Source: a bacterium (GTDB taxonomy: Bacteria > Methylomirabilota > Methylomirabilia > CAVQYV01). From it: DNA of 13,191 nt. Under the pieces are notes generated by a model. The model made no database searches. It was not told where the DNA came from and saw nothing but the letters and a program-made list of their open reading frames with translations. Position numbers and translations under genes: made by a program. The stretch covers positions 1-13,191 of the forward strand of contig JAZDMQ010000094.1 of assembly GCA_043800755.1 (NCBI GenBank), written 5' to 3'. Numbering within the stretch: position 1 is the first letter of the stretch; each line of letters begins with the position of its first letter. Shown here piece after piece: positions 1-7,893 of this stretch.

Positions 1-51
1 CGTTGTATAAGAGGCCCATTAGTCGATTGAAAGGATGAGGCTTGGGCGCTA

Positions 52-540
52 ATGCAATTATCCTCCATTCTCCATCGCGATAAGGCTCCCATCGAAGCCC
101 TTCAAGTTGAGGCCCTCCAGGAGATCCTGAAGGAGAAGTTGATCGCCGTCGTTCTTTTTGGCTCCCGTGCCAGGAAAGAGGCCCGTAGTTTTAGCGACTG
201 GGATCTATTTGTCCTGGCTGAAAGCCTCCCAGAGAATCCTATCGACCGAGCCTTCTTCTTCCGGGAAAGGTTATCCGGGAGGGGATTGCACGCCTCCATA
301 ATCGCTCGAACCAAGGAGGAGGTCGAAAGAGACCTGCGGCCCATTTACCTGGATATTGCCCATGACGGAATTATCCTCTTTGATCCCTCTGGATACATGG
401 CGGAGAAGCTAAGAGAGGTATGCCGAATCATTCGAGAAGTCGGCCTCTATCGAACTAAGAAGCGTGGTCATTGGATCTGGCGATGGAGGGAGCAACCCAT
501 GCCGGGGGAATGGAGCCTTCAATGGAGGAATGAAAGGTGA
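52..540 (+). CDS. Minimal nucleotidyltransferase (MNT, Pol-beta superfamily), antitoxin-like partner of downstream HEPN protein
   Basis: AVVLFGSRARKEARSFSDWDLFV contains an exact GS-x10-DxD MNT motif. 162 aa. The stop overlaps the next start (GTGA at 537-540). Confidence 0.88.
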   Translation: MQLSSILHRDKAPIEALQVEALQEILKEKLIAVVLFGSRARKEARSFSDWDLFVLAESLPENPIDRAFFFRERLSGRGLHASIIARTKEEVERDLRPIYLDIAHDGIILFDPSGYMAEKLREVCRIIREVGLYRTKKRGHWIWRWREQPMPGEWSLQWRNER

Positions 541-1007
541 ATTCATTGGAGGATGCCAGATATGGATTGCGCTTGGCTGCTGAACATTTAGAGGACGCGG
601 AATTTGAATTTCAGCATGCCCGGTGGAGCAAAGCGGCCCTCAGTGCCCAGCTTTCGGTAGAAAATGCCGCTAAGGCAACGATTGCGCTCTTCAGTCCCAC
701 CGCAAAGACTCATGACCTTGCAAGCGATTTGCTGGATCTCGTAAATAACTCCATGCCGCGGGAGGAAAGAGACCATCTGAGGTCATTGGCGGACTATGCC
801 AATAAACTCGGCTTGAAGGAGCATATCCTTACCAGTTACGGAGATGAGGTGGCCCTCAAGACTCCGAAAGAGATTTACGATGAGGACAAGGCAAAAAGGG
901 CCCTGGATATTGCGAAAAAGGCCATTTGTTCGGCCCAATTTGTTATCTCGGCTCATGGATCAGTAGCCTCACCCAATAGCCCCGAGATGAAGAGGGAAAC
1001 CCCATGA
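537..1007 (+). CDS. HEPN domain protein
   Basis: HEPN-type pattern A..HLEDAE...WSKAALSAQLSVENAAKA...KTHDL and C-terminal A..ALDIAKK helix. GTG start overlaps the MNT stop, and the stop overlaps the next ATG (ATGA 1004-1007). Confidence 0.85.
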   Translation: MNSLEDARYGLRLAAEHLEDAEFEFQHARWSKAALSAQLSVENAAKATIALFSPTAKTHDLASDLLDLVNNSMPREERDHLRSLADYANKLGLKEHILTSYGDEVALKTPKEIYDEDKAKRALDIAKKAICSAQFVISAHGSVASPNSPEMKRETP

Positions 1008-2926
1008 AATATCTGGCAAGAAGTCGCAATTTCTGGATCGTCGTCTCTGCCGACCTGATCTTATTGACGGCCTCTTACATCCTCTCCTACATGATTCGCT
1101 TCGAGACCTTGAATCTGGCGTCCACCCCCTATGTTCCTCTGATCCCGCCTACCCTCCCCCTGATCATCCTGGGCAAGCTCATTACCTTTTACCTCTTTGG
1201 CCTGTATCGGGGAGTCTGGCGTTATACTGGCATCTACGATCTCCTCAACATCATCAAGGGGACCGCCTTGAGCTCAGCTCTGATTGGATTCATTTTCTTC
1301 TATGGATTTCGCATCGTAGGATTTCCCCGATCAGTCCTGGTGATTGACTGGCTCCTTACTCTGATCTTCGTAGCCGGCCTCCGCCTCCTCATACGCCTGT
1401 GCCTGAACCACTCTTCCTCTTTTTCCCTCTTTAAGGCTAAAGATCTCATCCATCCCTCCTGGAGGTCCGCCCTCCCGGTGAACCTGTTGATCGTGGGAGC
1501 GGGGGATGCAGGGGAGAAGATCTTGAGGGAGATCTGGGACAATCCGAGACTCCCTTATCAGGTCATTGGTTTCCTGGATGATAATGTGAAAAAGACAGGC
1601 TTACGGATTCATGGCCTCCCGGTGCTGGGAAAGACCGAGGAGTTGTCCCGGGTTGTCAGGGAAAGGCAGATCCAAGAGGTTCTGATCGCCATTCCCTCAG
1701 CCGGTGGCGCACAAATGCGTCGAATTGTAAACGCCTGCCAGGAAGGTGGAGTGCGCTTTAAGACGATTCCCGGCCTGGGGGATCTGATTAACGGGAAGGT
1801 TTCTATCAAGGAGATCCGTGATGTCTCCTATGAAGACCTCTTAGGCAGGGAGCCCATCCAACTCGACGAGGGCATTATCTCCGCTTGTTTGAGTGGAAAG
1901 CGGATTCTGGTCACTGGCGCTGGCGGATCTATTGGTTCTGAGCTGTGCCGCCAGATCGCCCGGTTTTCTCCTGAGCTATTGATTTGTTATGAGAGGACAG
2001 AGAATGCCCTGTTCCATCTGGAGATAAAGGTACTCAGGGATATCCCGGATCTCTCTTGGCGATCTTTTATCGGAGATATTCTCGACGAAAACCGCCTGTC
2101 CGAGGTTTTTAAAAGAACCGCCCCTCAGATTGTTTTCCACGCCGCCGCTTACAAACATGTCCCGCTCATGGAACTGAATCCAGTTGAGGCCGTCAAGAAT
2201 AACATCCTGGGTACTCAGAAGGTCGCTTTTATGGCGGATCGCTCGGGCGTAGAACGATTTGTGCAGGTTTCTACCGATAAAGCGGTGGAACCGATTAATA
2301 TCATGGGAGCAACCAAGCGAGCGGCAGAGCTGGTCATCCAGAGCTTCCCTCGAATCGGTTCGGGAAGGTATGTCGCGGTAAGATTCGGCAATGTAGTCGG
2401 CAGTGAGGGATCGGTGGTACCCCTCTTTCAGGCCCAGATTGCAAAGGGAGGGCCAGTCACCGTGACCCATCGCGAGGCAACCCGCTTTTTCATGTCGATC
2501 CCGGAGGCAGCCCAGTTGATCCTCGAAGCGGCCTCCATCGGCAAGGGAGGAGAAATACTCCTTTTGGAGATGGGGCTACCGGTGCGCATCGTTGAGCTGG
2601 CTGAGGACCTCATTCGCCTCTCAGGGAAAGAGCCTTATGCCGACATTGATATTGTCTTCACCCGGTTGCGGCCAGGAGAGAAATTGCATGAGGAGCTGAT
2701 CGCCGAAGATGAAAATGCCCTTCCCACCTCCTATCCCAAGATTCGAATCCTCAAACCCTCCCCGGTGGATAAGGCAAAGGTTCTTCAGGATGTCGAGAAA
2801 CTGAGTCGCCTGATCGCCTCGGCCAATGGCTTCCCAGTTCCCATTCCTCCTGTCCTCTCTCAGTTGGGCAGAATCGTTCCCGAATATGTTCCTGGCCCAG
2901 ACATCGTTGCACAGACCAGCAAATAG
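1004..2926 (+). CDS. capD: Membrane-anchored nucleoside-diphosphate sugar epimerase/4,6-dehydratase (CapD/PglF/WbpM family)
   Basis: About four N-terminal hydrophobic segments, LIVGAGDAG Rossmann-like motif, DLLGREP, ILVTGAGGSIGSELCRQ NAD-binding motif, HAAAYKHVP, STDKAV.P..IMGATKR (Met replacing the SDR Tyr as in WbpM/PglF), VRFGNVVGS.GSV, RPGEKLHEEL. Confidence 0.93.
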   Translation: MKYLARSRNFWIVVSADLILLTASYILSYMIRFETLNLASTPYVPLIPPTLPLIILGKLITFYLFGLYRGVWRYTGIYDLLNIIKGTALSSALIGFIFFYGFRIVGFPRSVLVIDWLLTLIFVAGLRLLIRLCLNHSSSFSLFKAKDLIHPSWRSALPVNLLIVGAGDAGEKILREIWDNPRLPYQVIGFLDDNVKKTGLRIHGLPVLGKTEELSRVVRERQIQEVLIAIPSAGGAQMRRIVNACQEGGVRFKTIPGLGDLINGKVSIKEIRDVSYEDLLGREPIQLDEGIISACLSGKRILVTGAGGSIGSELCRQIARFSPELLICYERTENALFHLEIKVLRDIPDLSWRSFIGDILDENRLSEVFKRTAPQIVFHAAAYKHVPLMELNPVEAVKNNILGTQKVAFMADRSGVERFVQVSTDKAVEPINIMGATKRAAELVIQSFPRIGSGRYVAVRFGNVVGSEGSVVPLFQAQIAKGGPVTVTHREATRFFMSIPEAAQLILEAASIGKGGEILLLEMGLPVRIVELAEDLIRLSGKEPYADIDIVFTRLRPGEKLHEELIAEDENALPTSYPKIRILKPSPVDKAKVLQDVEKLSRLIASANGFPVPIPPVLSQLGRIVPEYVPGPDIVAQTSK

Positions 2927-2954
2927 CTGAGTACTAAGAAGAAAGGATTGAGAG

Positions 2955-4544
2955 ATGAGGAGAGGCCTTCTCAGATACTTCACTCGGCGATTCGGCGGAA
3001 ACGGGCCTTTTTTTGTTTTTTGTCTTTTATCGGCCCTGCATTTGCTACATGCGTCTCCTGCCTTTGCCTCCTCCAATATTCCCCTTGACTCCTGGATCTA
3101 TGAGTCGTTAGAACGCCTGGCCAACAGTAGCCTGGTGGAGCAGGCCTCTCTGTCCACCAAACCCTTAAGCCGGCAGGAGGCAGCGGAGATCTTAGCTCAA
3201 GCCATCAGCAAGATCGAAAAGGGAGAGGGAACCTATGGCTTCCAAAATGCCTTGTTGGAGGATCAATTCGAGATCCTGATCGAGGAATTCAAGTGGGAGC
3301 TACAGCGGATGGGGGTCTATCCCTTCGGAAAGAAGGAAAAGCCGAAGTGGTTCTCCATCAAGCCCCTGGAGATGGTTCAGGCAAAGGGGGGCTATGCCGA
3401 GGATCCCTATCTTTTGGAGAATAGCAAAGCCGATCAGCGGGCCCATGGATTCAATCTCAGGGTGGGAGGCGCCGGCCGGGTGGAGCTGGCGGAGTATTTC
3501 TCGTTATATGTACACCCGGAATACCGCTATGACGACGAAGAGAACAAAGGCTACTTCTTGGAAACCTATGGGAAGCTGACCCTGGCCAATATCGAGCTCC
3601 AGGTCGGGCGCGATTCCCAATGGTGGGGACCCGGGTATCACGGCTCCCTCTTGCTATCAAATCATGCCATGCCCCTGGATCTGGTCAAGCTCTCCTCTGC
3701 GACCCCTTTTCAGCTTCCCTGGATCTTTCGGTATCTGGGCTTCTTCGACCTCTCCCTTTTCCTTGCCCGACTGGAAGAGGATCGCGATTTCCCCCATGCC
3801 AAGCTGGCAGGGATGCGGATCGATTGGTCTCCCTTCTCCTTCCTGGAATTGGGGGCATCCCGGGTGATCCTTTTCGATGGGAAAGGCAGACCTGCCTACA
3901 GCTTCTCTGATTACCTGGAGGTCCTGGGTGCCCGGAAGGAAAACAGACCGGGGAAATTCAATAATAGCCAGATTGCCTCGATAGATGCTGTCCTGCGATG
4001 GAGAAATATGGGGCGCTACCTGCCCCTGGCCAATGCCCTGGTGCTCTATGGTGAATATGGCGGGGAGGATATGGCGGGGGAAAAGAGCGGGATCGGTTTT
4101 CCCTATAAGGCTGGAGTCATCGGGGGGATTCTCCTGCAGGACTTTCTCACCGCTGAGGGCCTGGATCTAAGGGCAGAATACGCCAGGACCAACAAGGTGT
4201 GGTATCGCCATGGTGTCTATACCTCGGGGTATACTTATAAAGGGGTCATCCTGGGCCACCATATGGGAGGAGACGCGGATGATGTTTATCTCCGTCTCAG
4301 TCATTGGCTCAACAAGAATTGGCAGATCGCCCTGGATGTCGATCAACAGCGACAAGGCCTCTCCCGCTCGCTGCGAGTCCGGGAGAGGTATATAGAGCCC
4401 AGCGTCCTTCTGTTTCGCCCCCGGGAGATCCCCTTGTCGGCAACGCTCGCCTACCGCTTCGTCCGCACGGAGAACGCAGGATATAAAAGGGGCGAAGACC
4501 ATAGCAACCATCTGGCCCGTTTGGATCTGACCTTCAGCTTTTGA
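2955..4544 (+). CDS. wzi: Capsule assembly Wzi-family outer-membrane beta-barrel protein
   Basis: Signal peptide ending ASPAFA, N-terminal IPLDSWIYESLERL segment, GRDSQWWGPGYHGSLLLSNHA motif typical of Wzi, WYRHGVYTSGYTYKG, terminal beta-strand ending in Phe (LDLTFSF). Polysaccharide context. Confidence 0.85.
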   Translation: MRRGLLRYFTRRFGGNGPFFVFCLLSALHLLHASPAFASSNIPLDSWIYESLERLANSSLVEQASLSTKPLSRQEAAEILAQAISKIEKGEGTYGFQNALLEDQFEILIEEFKWELQRMGVYPFGKKEKPKWFSIKPLEMVQAKGGYAEDPYLLENSKADQRAHGFNLRVGGAGRVELAEYFSLYVHPEYRYDDEENKGYFLETYGKLTLANIELQVGRDSQWWGPGYHGSLLLSNHAMPLDLVKLSSATPFQLPWIFRYLGFFDLSLFLARLEEDRDFPHAKLAGMRIDWSPFSFLELGASRVILFDGKGRPAYSFSDYLEVLGARKENRPGKFNNSQIASIDAVLRWRNMGRYLPLANALVLYGEYGGEDMAGEKSGIGFPYKAGVIGGILLQDFLTAEGLDLRAEYARTNKVWYRHGVYTSGYTYKGVILGHHMGGDADDVYLRLSHWLNKNWQIALDVDQQRQGLSRSLRVRERYIEPSVLLFRPREIPLSATLAYRFVRTENAGYKRGEDHSNHLARLDLTFSF

Positions 4545-4575
4545 TGGATTGGGAATCAGACCTTCACGGAATCAC

Positions 4576-4602
4576 TTGACGGAGGGCAGAAAACATTATA
4601 AT
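4576..4602 (+). promoter_or_regulatory. Putative sigma70-type internal promoter upstream of the export gene
   Basis: TTGACG at 4576-4581 and TATAAT at 4597-4602 in an AT-rich intergenic gap. The 15-bp spacer is shorter than the usual 16-18. Confidence 0.45.
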
Positions 4603-4613
4603 AAAGAGAGCCT

Positions 4614-6872
4614 ATGATAATAGCAATATATCCCTCTAAGCCTTTTTATCGTGCCAATCAGCACCGAGGTTCCGGCGAGAGAAGACTGTCGAAGCTTGGG
4701 ATCCTCTCCCTAATTTCCCTCATCTTTTTCTGTTATTGGGTGGTTCCCACTTCTCTGGTCTCCGCTGAGCCGGCCCCTTCAGCCGCTCCTCCGTCTTCCA
4801 CTGCTACGGGTCAACCCCCTTCCGTTTCGACGCCTCCCAGTCCCTTAGGATCCCCAGCGGTTACGCCGGCACCCTCCCCGGGGGAGGGGGTCGCCCCCCC
4901 CCCTGCCCTACCGACGCCCCTGCCGGCACCGACTCCGGGGGCGGCTCCGGCAGCCGCACCCGAGGCCCCTCCCTCCTCCATTGAGTACATGTTTGAACAG
5001 CCCTATGAGGTCTCCGTCCCTCAGGTCATCCCGCGCGCGCTCAAGCAATTCGGATACGATCTGTTTCGGGCGCCCAGCTCGACCTTCGCCCCGGTCACCG
5101 ATGTCCCGGTAGGACCAGATTTTATCCTGGGGCCCGAGGATAGCATGACCATCTTTATGTGGGGTCTGGTAGAAAATGTCCTGAGTGTGACTATAGACCG
5201 CAATGGCAATATCTTTCTCCCCAAGGCGGGCACCCTTCGCCTGGCCGGCCTCCGGTTCGGCGAAGCGGAGATCCAGATTAAGGAAGCCCTGGCCAAGTAT
5301 TTCAAGAAGTTCGAGGTAAAGGTCGTCATGAGGGACCTCCATACCATCAAGGTCTTTGTGGTAGGGGAGGTAGTCAGGCCCGGGGGATACACCATCAGCT
5401 CCCTCTCCACCATCTCCAATGCCCTCTATGTGGCGGGAGGACCATCGAAACAAGGCACCATGCGCACTATCAGGCTCATGCGCGATAATAAGACGGTGAT
5501 CACCCTGGATCTCTATGATTTTCTCCTCAAGGGAGACAAGACCAATGACCTGAGGTTGGAGACCGGGGATACCATCTTCGTCCCCCCCATTGGCCCGGTG
5601 GCGGCGATCTCGGGGATGGTGAAGAGGCCGGCGGTCTACGAATTGAAAGGCCCCACCCGCATCAGCCAGCTCATCGAAATGGCCGCGGGACTGGTTCCCA
5701 TGAGCTATCTGCGGCGGGTCCAAATAGAACGATTCCGGGGGCATCAGGAGAAGGTGGTGACGGACCTGGATGTGAGTGCCCTCTATGAGGGCAAGGACCC
5801 CGGAGCCGACATCGAGATTAAAGATGGGGATTTCATCAAAGTCTTTCCCATCGATACCATGGTTTACAATCGGGTGCGCCTGGAAGGGGCGGTTAAATAT
5901 CCGGGAGATTATGAACTGAAGCCCAATTTGACCTTGAGCCAGCTCCTAACCCCAGAAAAGCTCTTGCCCCAGGCCCATTTGGAGAAAGTGGAGCTGATCC
6001 GACTGAAGCCCGACTTCACCTATGAAGTGCTGTATGTAAATCTGCGCAGCCTTCTGCAGGGTGACCTCTCCCAGGATATCGCTCTGCAAAAGATGGACCG
6101 CATCGTGGTCAGCACCGAGCTTCGAGCCCTCGAAACCGTAACCGTTTCGGGCGAGGTGAAGCGGCCCGGCACCTACACTATCGTGAAGGGCGAGAAGCTG
6201 AGCTCCGTCATTCGTCGGGCGGGAGGTTTTACCAGCGATGCCTATCCAAAGGCCGCAGTCTTCACCCGGAAGACCATCCGCGATACCGAGAAGGAGCAAC
6301 TGGACAAATTCTTGAAGGCCCAGCAACAGGCGCTCTTACAGGAATCGGCGGCCTATGCCGCCGCAGGGCAGGCAGAGACCGAGGCCGCTGTGCAGCGTCA
6401 GGCCGTGGCCCAACGGCAACAGCTCTTGACCTTGCTCTCTCAGCAGATTCCCCTGGGCAGGATGGCGATCCGCCTGGCTGAGCCCGAAAAATTGGAGAAC
6501 ACTCCTGACGATATCCTCCTCACCGATGGCGATACCCTCTTCATCGCCAAGCGTCCGAGTTCGGTCCTGGTTTTAGGTAGCGTTTACAACCAATCGGCCT
6601 TTCTCCACAAGGAGGGTGAGAATTACCAGTATTACCTGGAGCGGGCCGGGGGACTTACCCGCGAGGCAGATGGAAAAGGAATCTACATGCTGAAGGCGGA
6701 TGGTTCTGCCGAGAAGAGCTTCCTCAAGATGCGAAAGATCGAGGTGGGAGATACCATCGTGGTCCCGGTGAGCACCGAGGCCAAATATCGGCCCATCCCA
6801 CTGGCCAGGGATATCGCCACCATCATTGGCCATTTCGCAGTCACGCTGGGTGTCCTCATCGCCCTCTTCTAA
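4614..6872 (+). CDS. Polysaccharide export protein with Poly_export domain and multiple SLBB repeats (Wza/KpsD/OtnA-like, long form)
   Basis: Signal peptide and Pro/Ala-rich linker, LKQFGYDLF, DFILGPED...TIDRNGNIFLPKAG (Poly_export), repeated SLBB motifs (VVGEVVRPGGY, ISGMVKRPAVY, LEGAVKYPGDY, VSGEVKRPGTY, VLGSVYNQ), GDTIVVP and a C-terminal amphipathic/hydrophobic helix. The exact start is uncertain. Confidence 0.88.
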   Translation: MIIAIYPSKPFYRANQHRGSGERRLSKLGILSLISLIFFCYWVVPTSLVSAEPAPSAAPPSSTATGQPPSVSTPPSPLGSPAVTPAPSPGEGVAPPPALPTPLPAPTPGAAPAAAPEAPPSSIEYMFEQPYEVSVPQVIPRALKQFGYDLFRAPSSTFAPVTDVPVGPDFILGPEDSMTIFMWGLVENVLSVTIDRNGNIFLPKAGTLRLAGLRFGEAEIQIKEALAKYFKKFEVKVVMRDLHTIKVFVVGEVVRPGGYTISSLSTISNALYVAGGPSKQGTMRTIRLMRDNKTVITLDLYDFLLKGDKTNDLRLETGDTIFVPPIGPVAAISGMVKRPAVYELKGPTRISQLIEMAAGLVPMSYLRRVQIERFRGHQEKVVTDLDVSALYEGKDPGADIEIKDGDFIKVFPIDTMVYNRVRLEGAVKYPGDYELKPNLTLSQLLTPEKLLPQAHLEKVELIRLKPDFTYEVLYVNLRSLLQGDLSQDIALQKMDRIVVSTELRALETVTVSGEVKRPGTYTIVKGEKLSSVIRRAGGFTSDAYPKAAVFTRKTIRDTEKEQLDKFLKAQQQALLQESAAYAAAGQAETEAAVQRQAVAQRQQLLTLLSQQIPLGRMAIRLAEPEKLENTPDDILLTDGDTLFIAKRPSSVLVLGSVYNQSAFLHKEGENYQYYLERAGGLTREADGKGIYMLKADGSAEKSFLKMRKIEVGDTIVVPVSTEAKYRPIPLARDIATIIGHFAVTLGVLIALF

Positions 6873-6881
6873 CTTCACCCT

Positions 6882-6926
6882 ATAGACCAAATAGACGAAA
6901 CAGACGAAACAGACCAGATAGACGAA
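6882..6926 (+). repeat. Five tandem 9-bp units, consensus A(T/C)AGAC(C/G)A(A/G)
   Basis: ATAGACCAA-ATAGACGAA-ACAGACGAA-ACAGACCAG-ATAGACGAA read directly, starting 10 bp after the export gene stop. Confidence 0.9.
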
Positions 6927-6947
6927 AGGTAACCCATCCAGGTTCCC

Positions 6948-7010
6948 AACGCCAAGAACGCCATTAACTCAATAAACGCCATAAGCGCTACCAACGCGAT
7001 AAACTGGATA
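6948..7010 (+). repeat. Seven tandem degenerate 9-bp units, consensus AACGC(C/G)ATA
   Basis: AACGCCAAG-AACGCCATT-AACTCAATA-AACGCCATA-AGCGCTACC-AACGCGATA-AACTGGATA, exact 9-bp period. Confidence 0.85.
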
Positions 7011-7041
7011 AAAGAAAGGCGGAGGCCGGGAGGAAGGTAAA

Positions 7042-7869
7042 ATGGCAACCCGACGGATCATCGCCCTTTTTGCGATTGCCCTGAGCGCCCTTTCGCTATC
7101 GGGGTGTGGGACAACGCTTCACATCCTGGAACCGAAGGAGGGAATCGTCTATTACAATACCTTCCCCACCTTCAAGTGGGAAGTCCTTCCCCAGGCCTCC
7201 GGCTACCAGATTCAGGTAGCCCTGGATGAGAATTTTCAAAAAATCGTCCTGGATCGAAGCGGTATCGTCCAGGAGAGCTTCCGCACCCCCCAGGAGCTTC
7301 AATTCTTTAGCACCAAGCTCTACTGGAGGGTCAGGCCGTTGGTGAAGGGCAAATTGAAAGATTGGTCTCCCCCCCTCTCCTTTGAAATCAGCCCGTTAAA
7401 GCCTCCCGAGCTCAGGCAGCCGGTGGGGGAGATCAAGGAACTGCAACCTGTTTTTCAATGGGAGAAGGTGCAGGAGGCCAAGAGTTATCACCTGCAATTA
7501 TCGACCAACAAAGAATTCAGCAATATCTTATGGGAGCAACCCAATTGTGGAGAAACCAAATCCCAGCTCGCCCAGCTCCGCCTCAAGTACGATACCTCTC
7601 ATTATTGGAGGGTAAGGGCGGTAGCGGAGGATGCGGGAGTCGGCCCCTGGTCCGGAGCCCAGCAGTTCCTGATCCCCTTCACCTCCCCGCAGGCCAGAGA
7701 GCCGAGTGGCTCCATGGGTTTCCTCACGCTTTCCTTCACCTGGACGGGCTCCCCCATTGCCCTCTCTCACGAGGTTCAGGTCTCCCGTGATCCCGCGTTT
7801 GGCCAGCTCGACATAGATGAGTTAGTAGAGGGAACCAGATATGATCCCCCTGCACATAAATTGGGATAA
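7042..7869 (+). CDS. N-terminal fragment of the split lipoprotein (lipobox plus about 2.7 FN3/Ig-like repeats)
   Basis: Strong RBS and lipoprotein signal peptide. Ends mid-domain at the internal TAA. Confidence 0.55.
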   Translation: MATRRIIALFAIALSALSLSGCGTTLHILEPKEGIVYYNTFPTFKWEVLPQASGYQIQVALDENFQKIVLDRSGIVQESFRTPQELQFFSTKLYWRVRPLVKGKLKDWSPPLSFEISPLKPPELRQPVGEIKELQPVFQWEKVQEAKSYHLQLSTNKEFSNILWEQPNCGETKSQLAQLRLKYDTSHYWRVRAVAEDAGVGPWSGAQQFLIPFTSPQAREPSGSMGFLTLSFTWTGSPIALSHEVQVSRDPAFGQLDIDELVEGTRYDPPAHKLG

Positions 7870-7893
7870 TATAACATTACCTATCATTGGAGG

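Noticed and set aside
1..38. Possible 3' end of an upstream gene (LYKRPISRLKG*, TGA at 36-38)
   Set aside because: Too short to assign a frame or product with confidence.
4908..5744. 278-aa antisense ORF and other long opposite-strand or alternative-frame ORFs (1976-2470, 8893-9522, 12402-12941, 12526-13038)
   Set aside because: They overlap well-supported genes, have no recognisable motifs and are expected shadows in GC-rich coding DNA.
6882..7010. CRISPR array
   Set aside because: Units are 9 bp and contiguous with no unique spacers, and no cas genes are present.
6873..7040. The repeat arrays read as peptides in the export-gene frame (IDQIDETDETDQIDER* and NAKNAINSINAISATNAIN...)
   Set aside because: There is no start codon or RBS, stops flank them, and the related array at 12025-12102 has 8-bp units that break triplet phase, so they are probably non-coding.
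7867..7869. Stop-codon reassignment, or selenocysteine/pyrrolysine read-through
   Set aside because: The codon is TAA, not TGA or TAG, and TAA ends the export gene at a natural-looking C-terminus (6870-6872).
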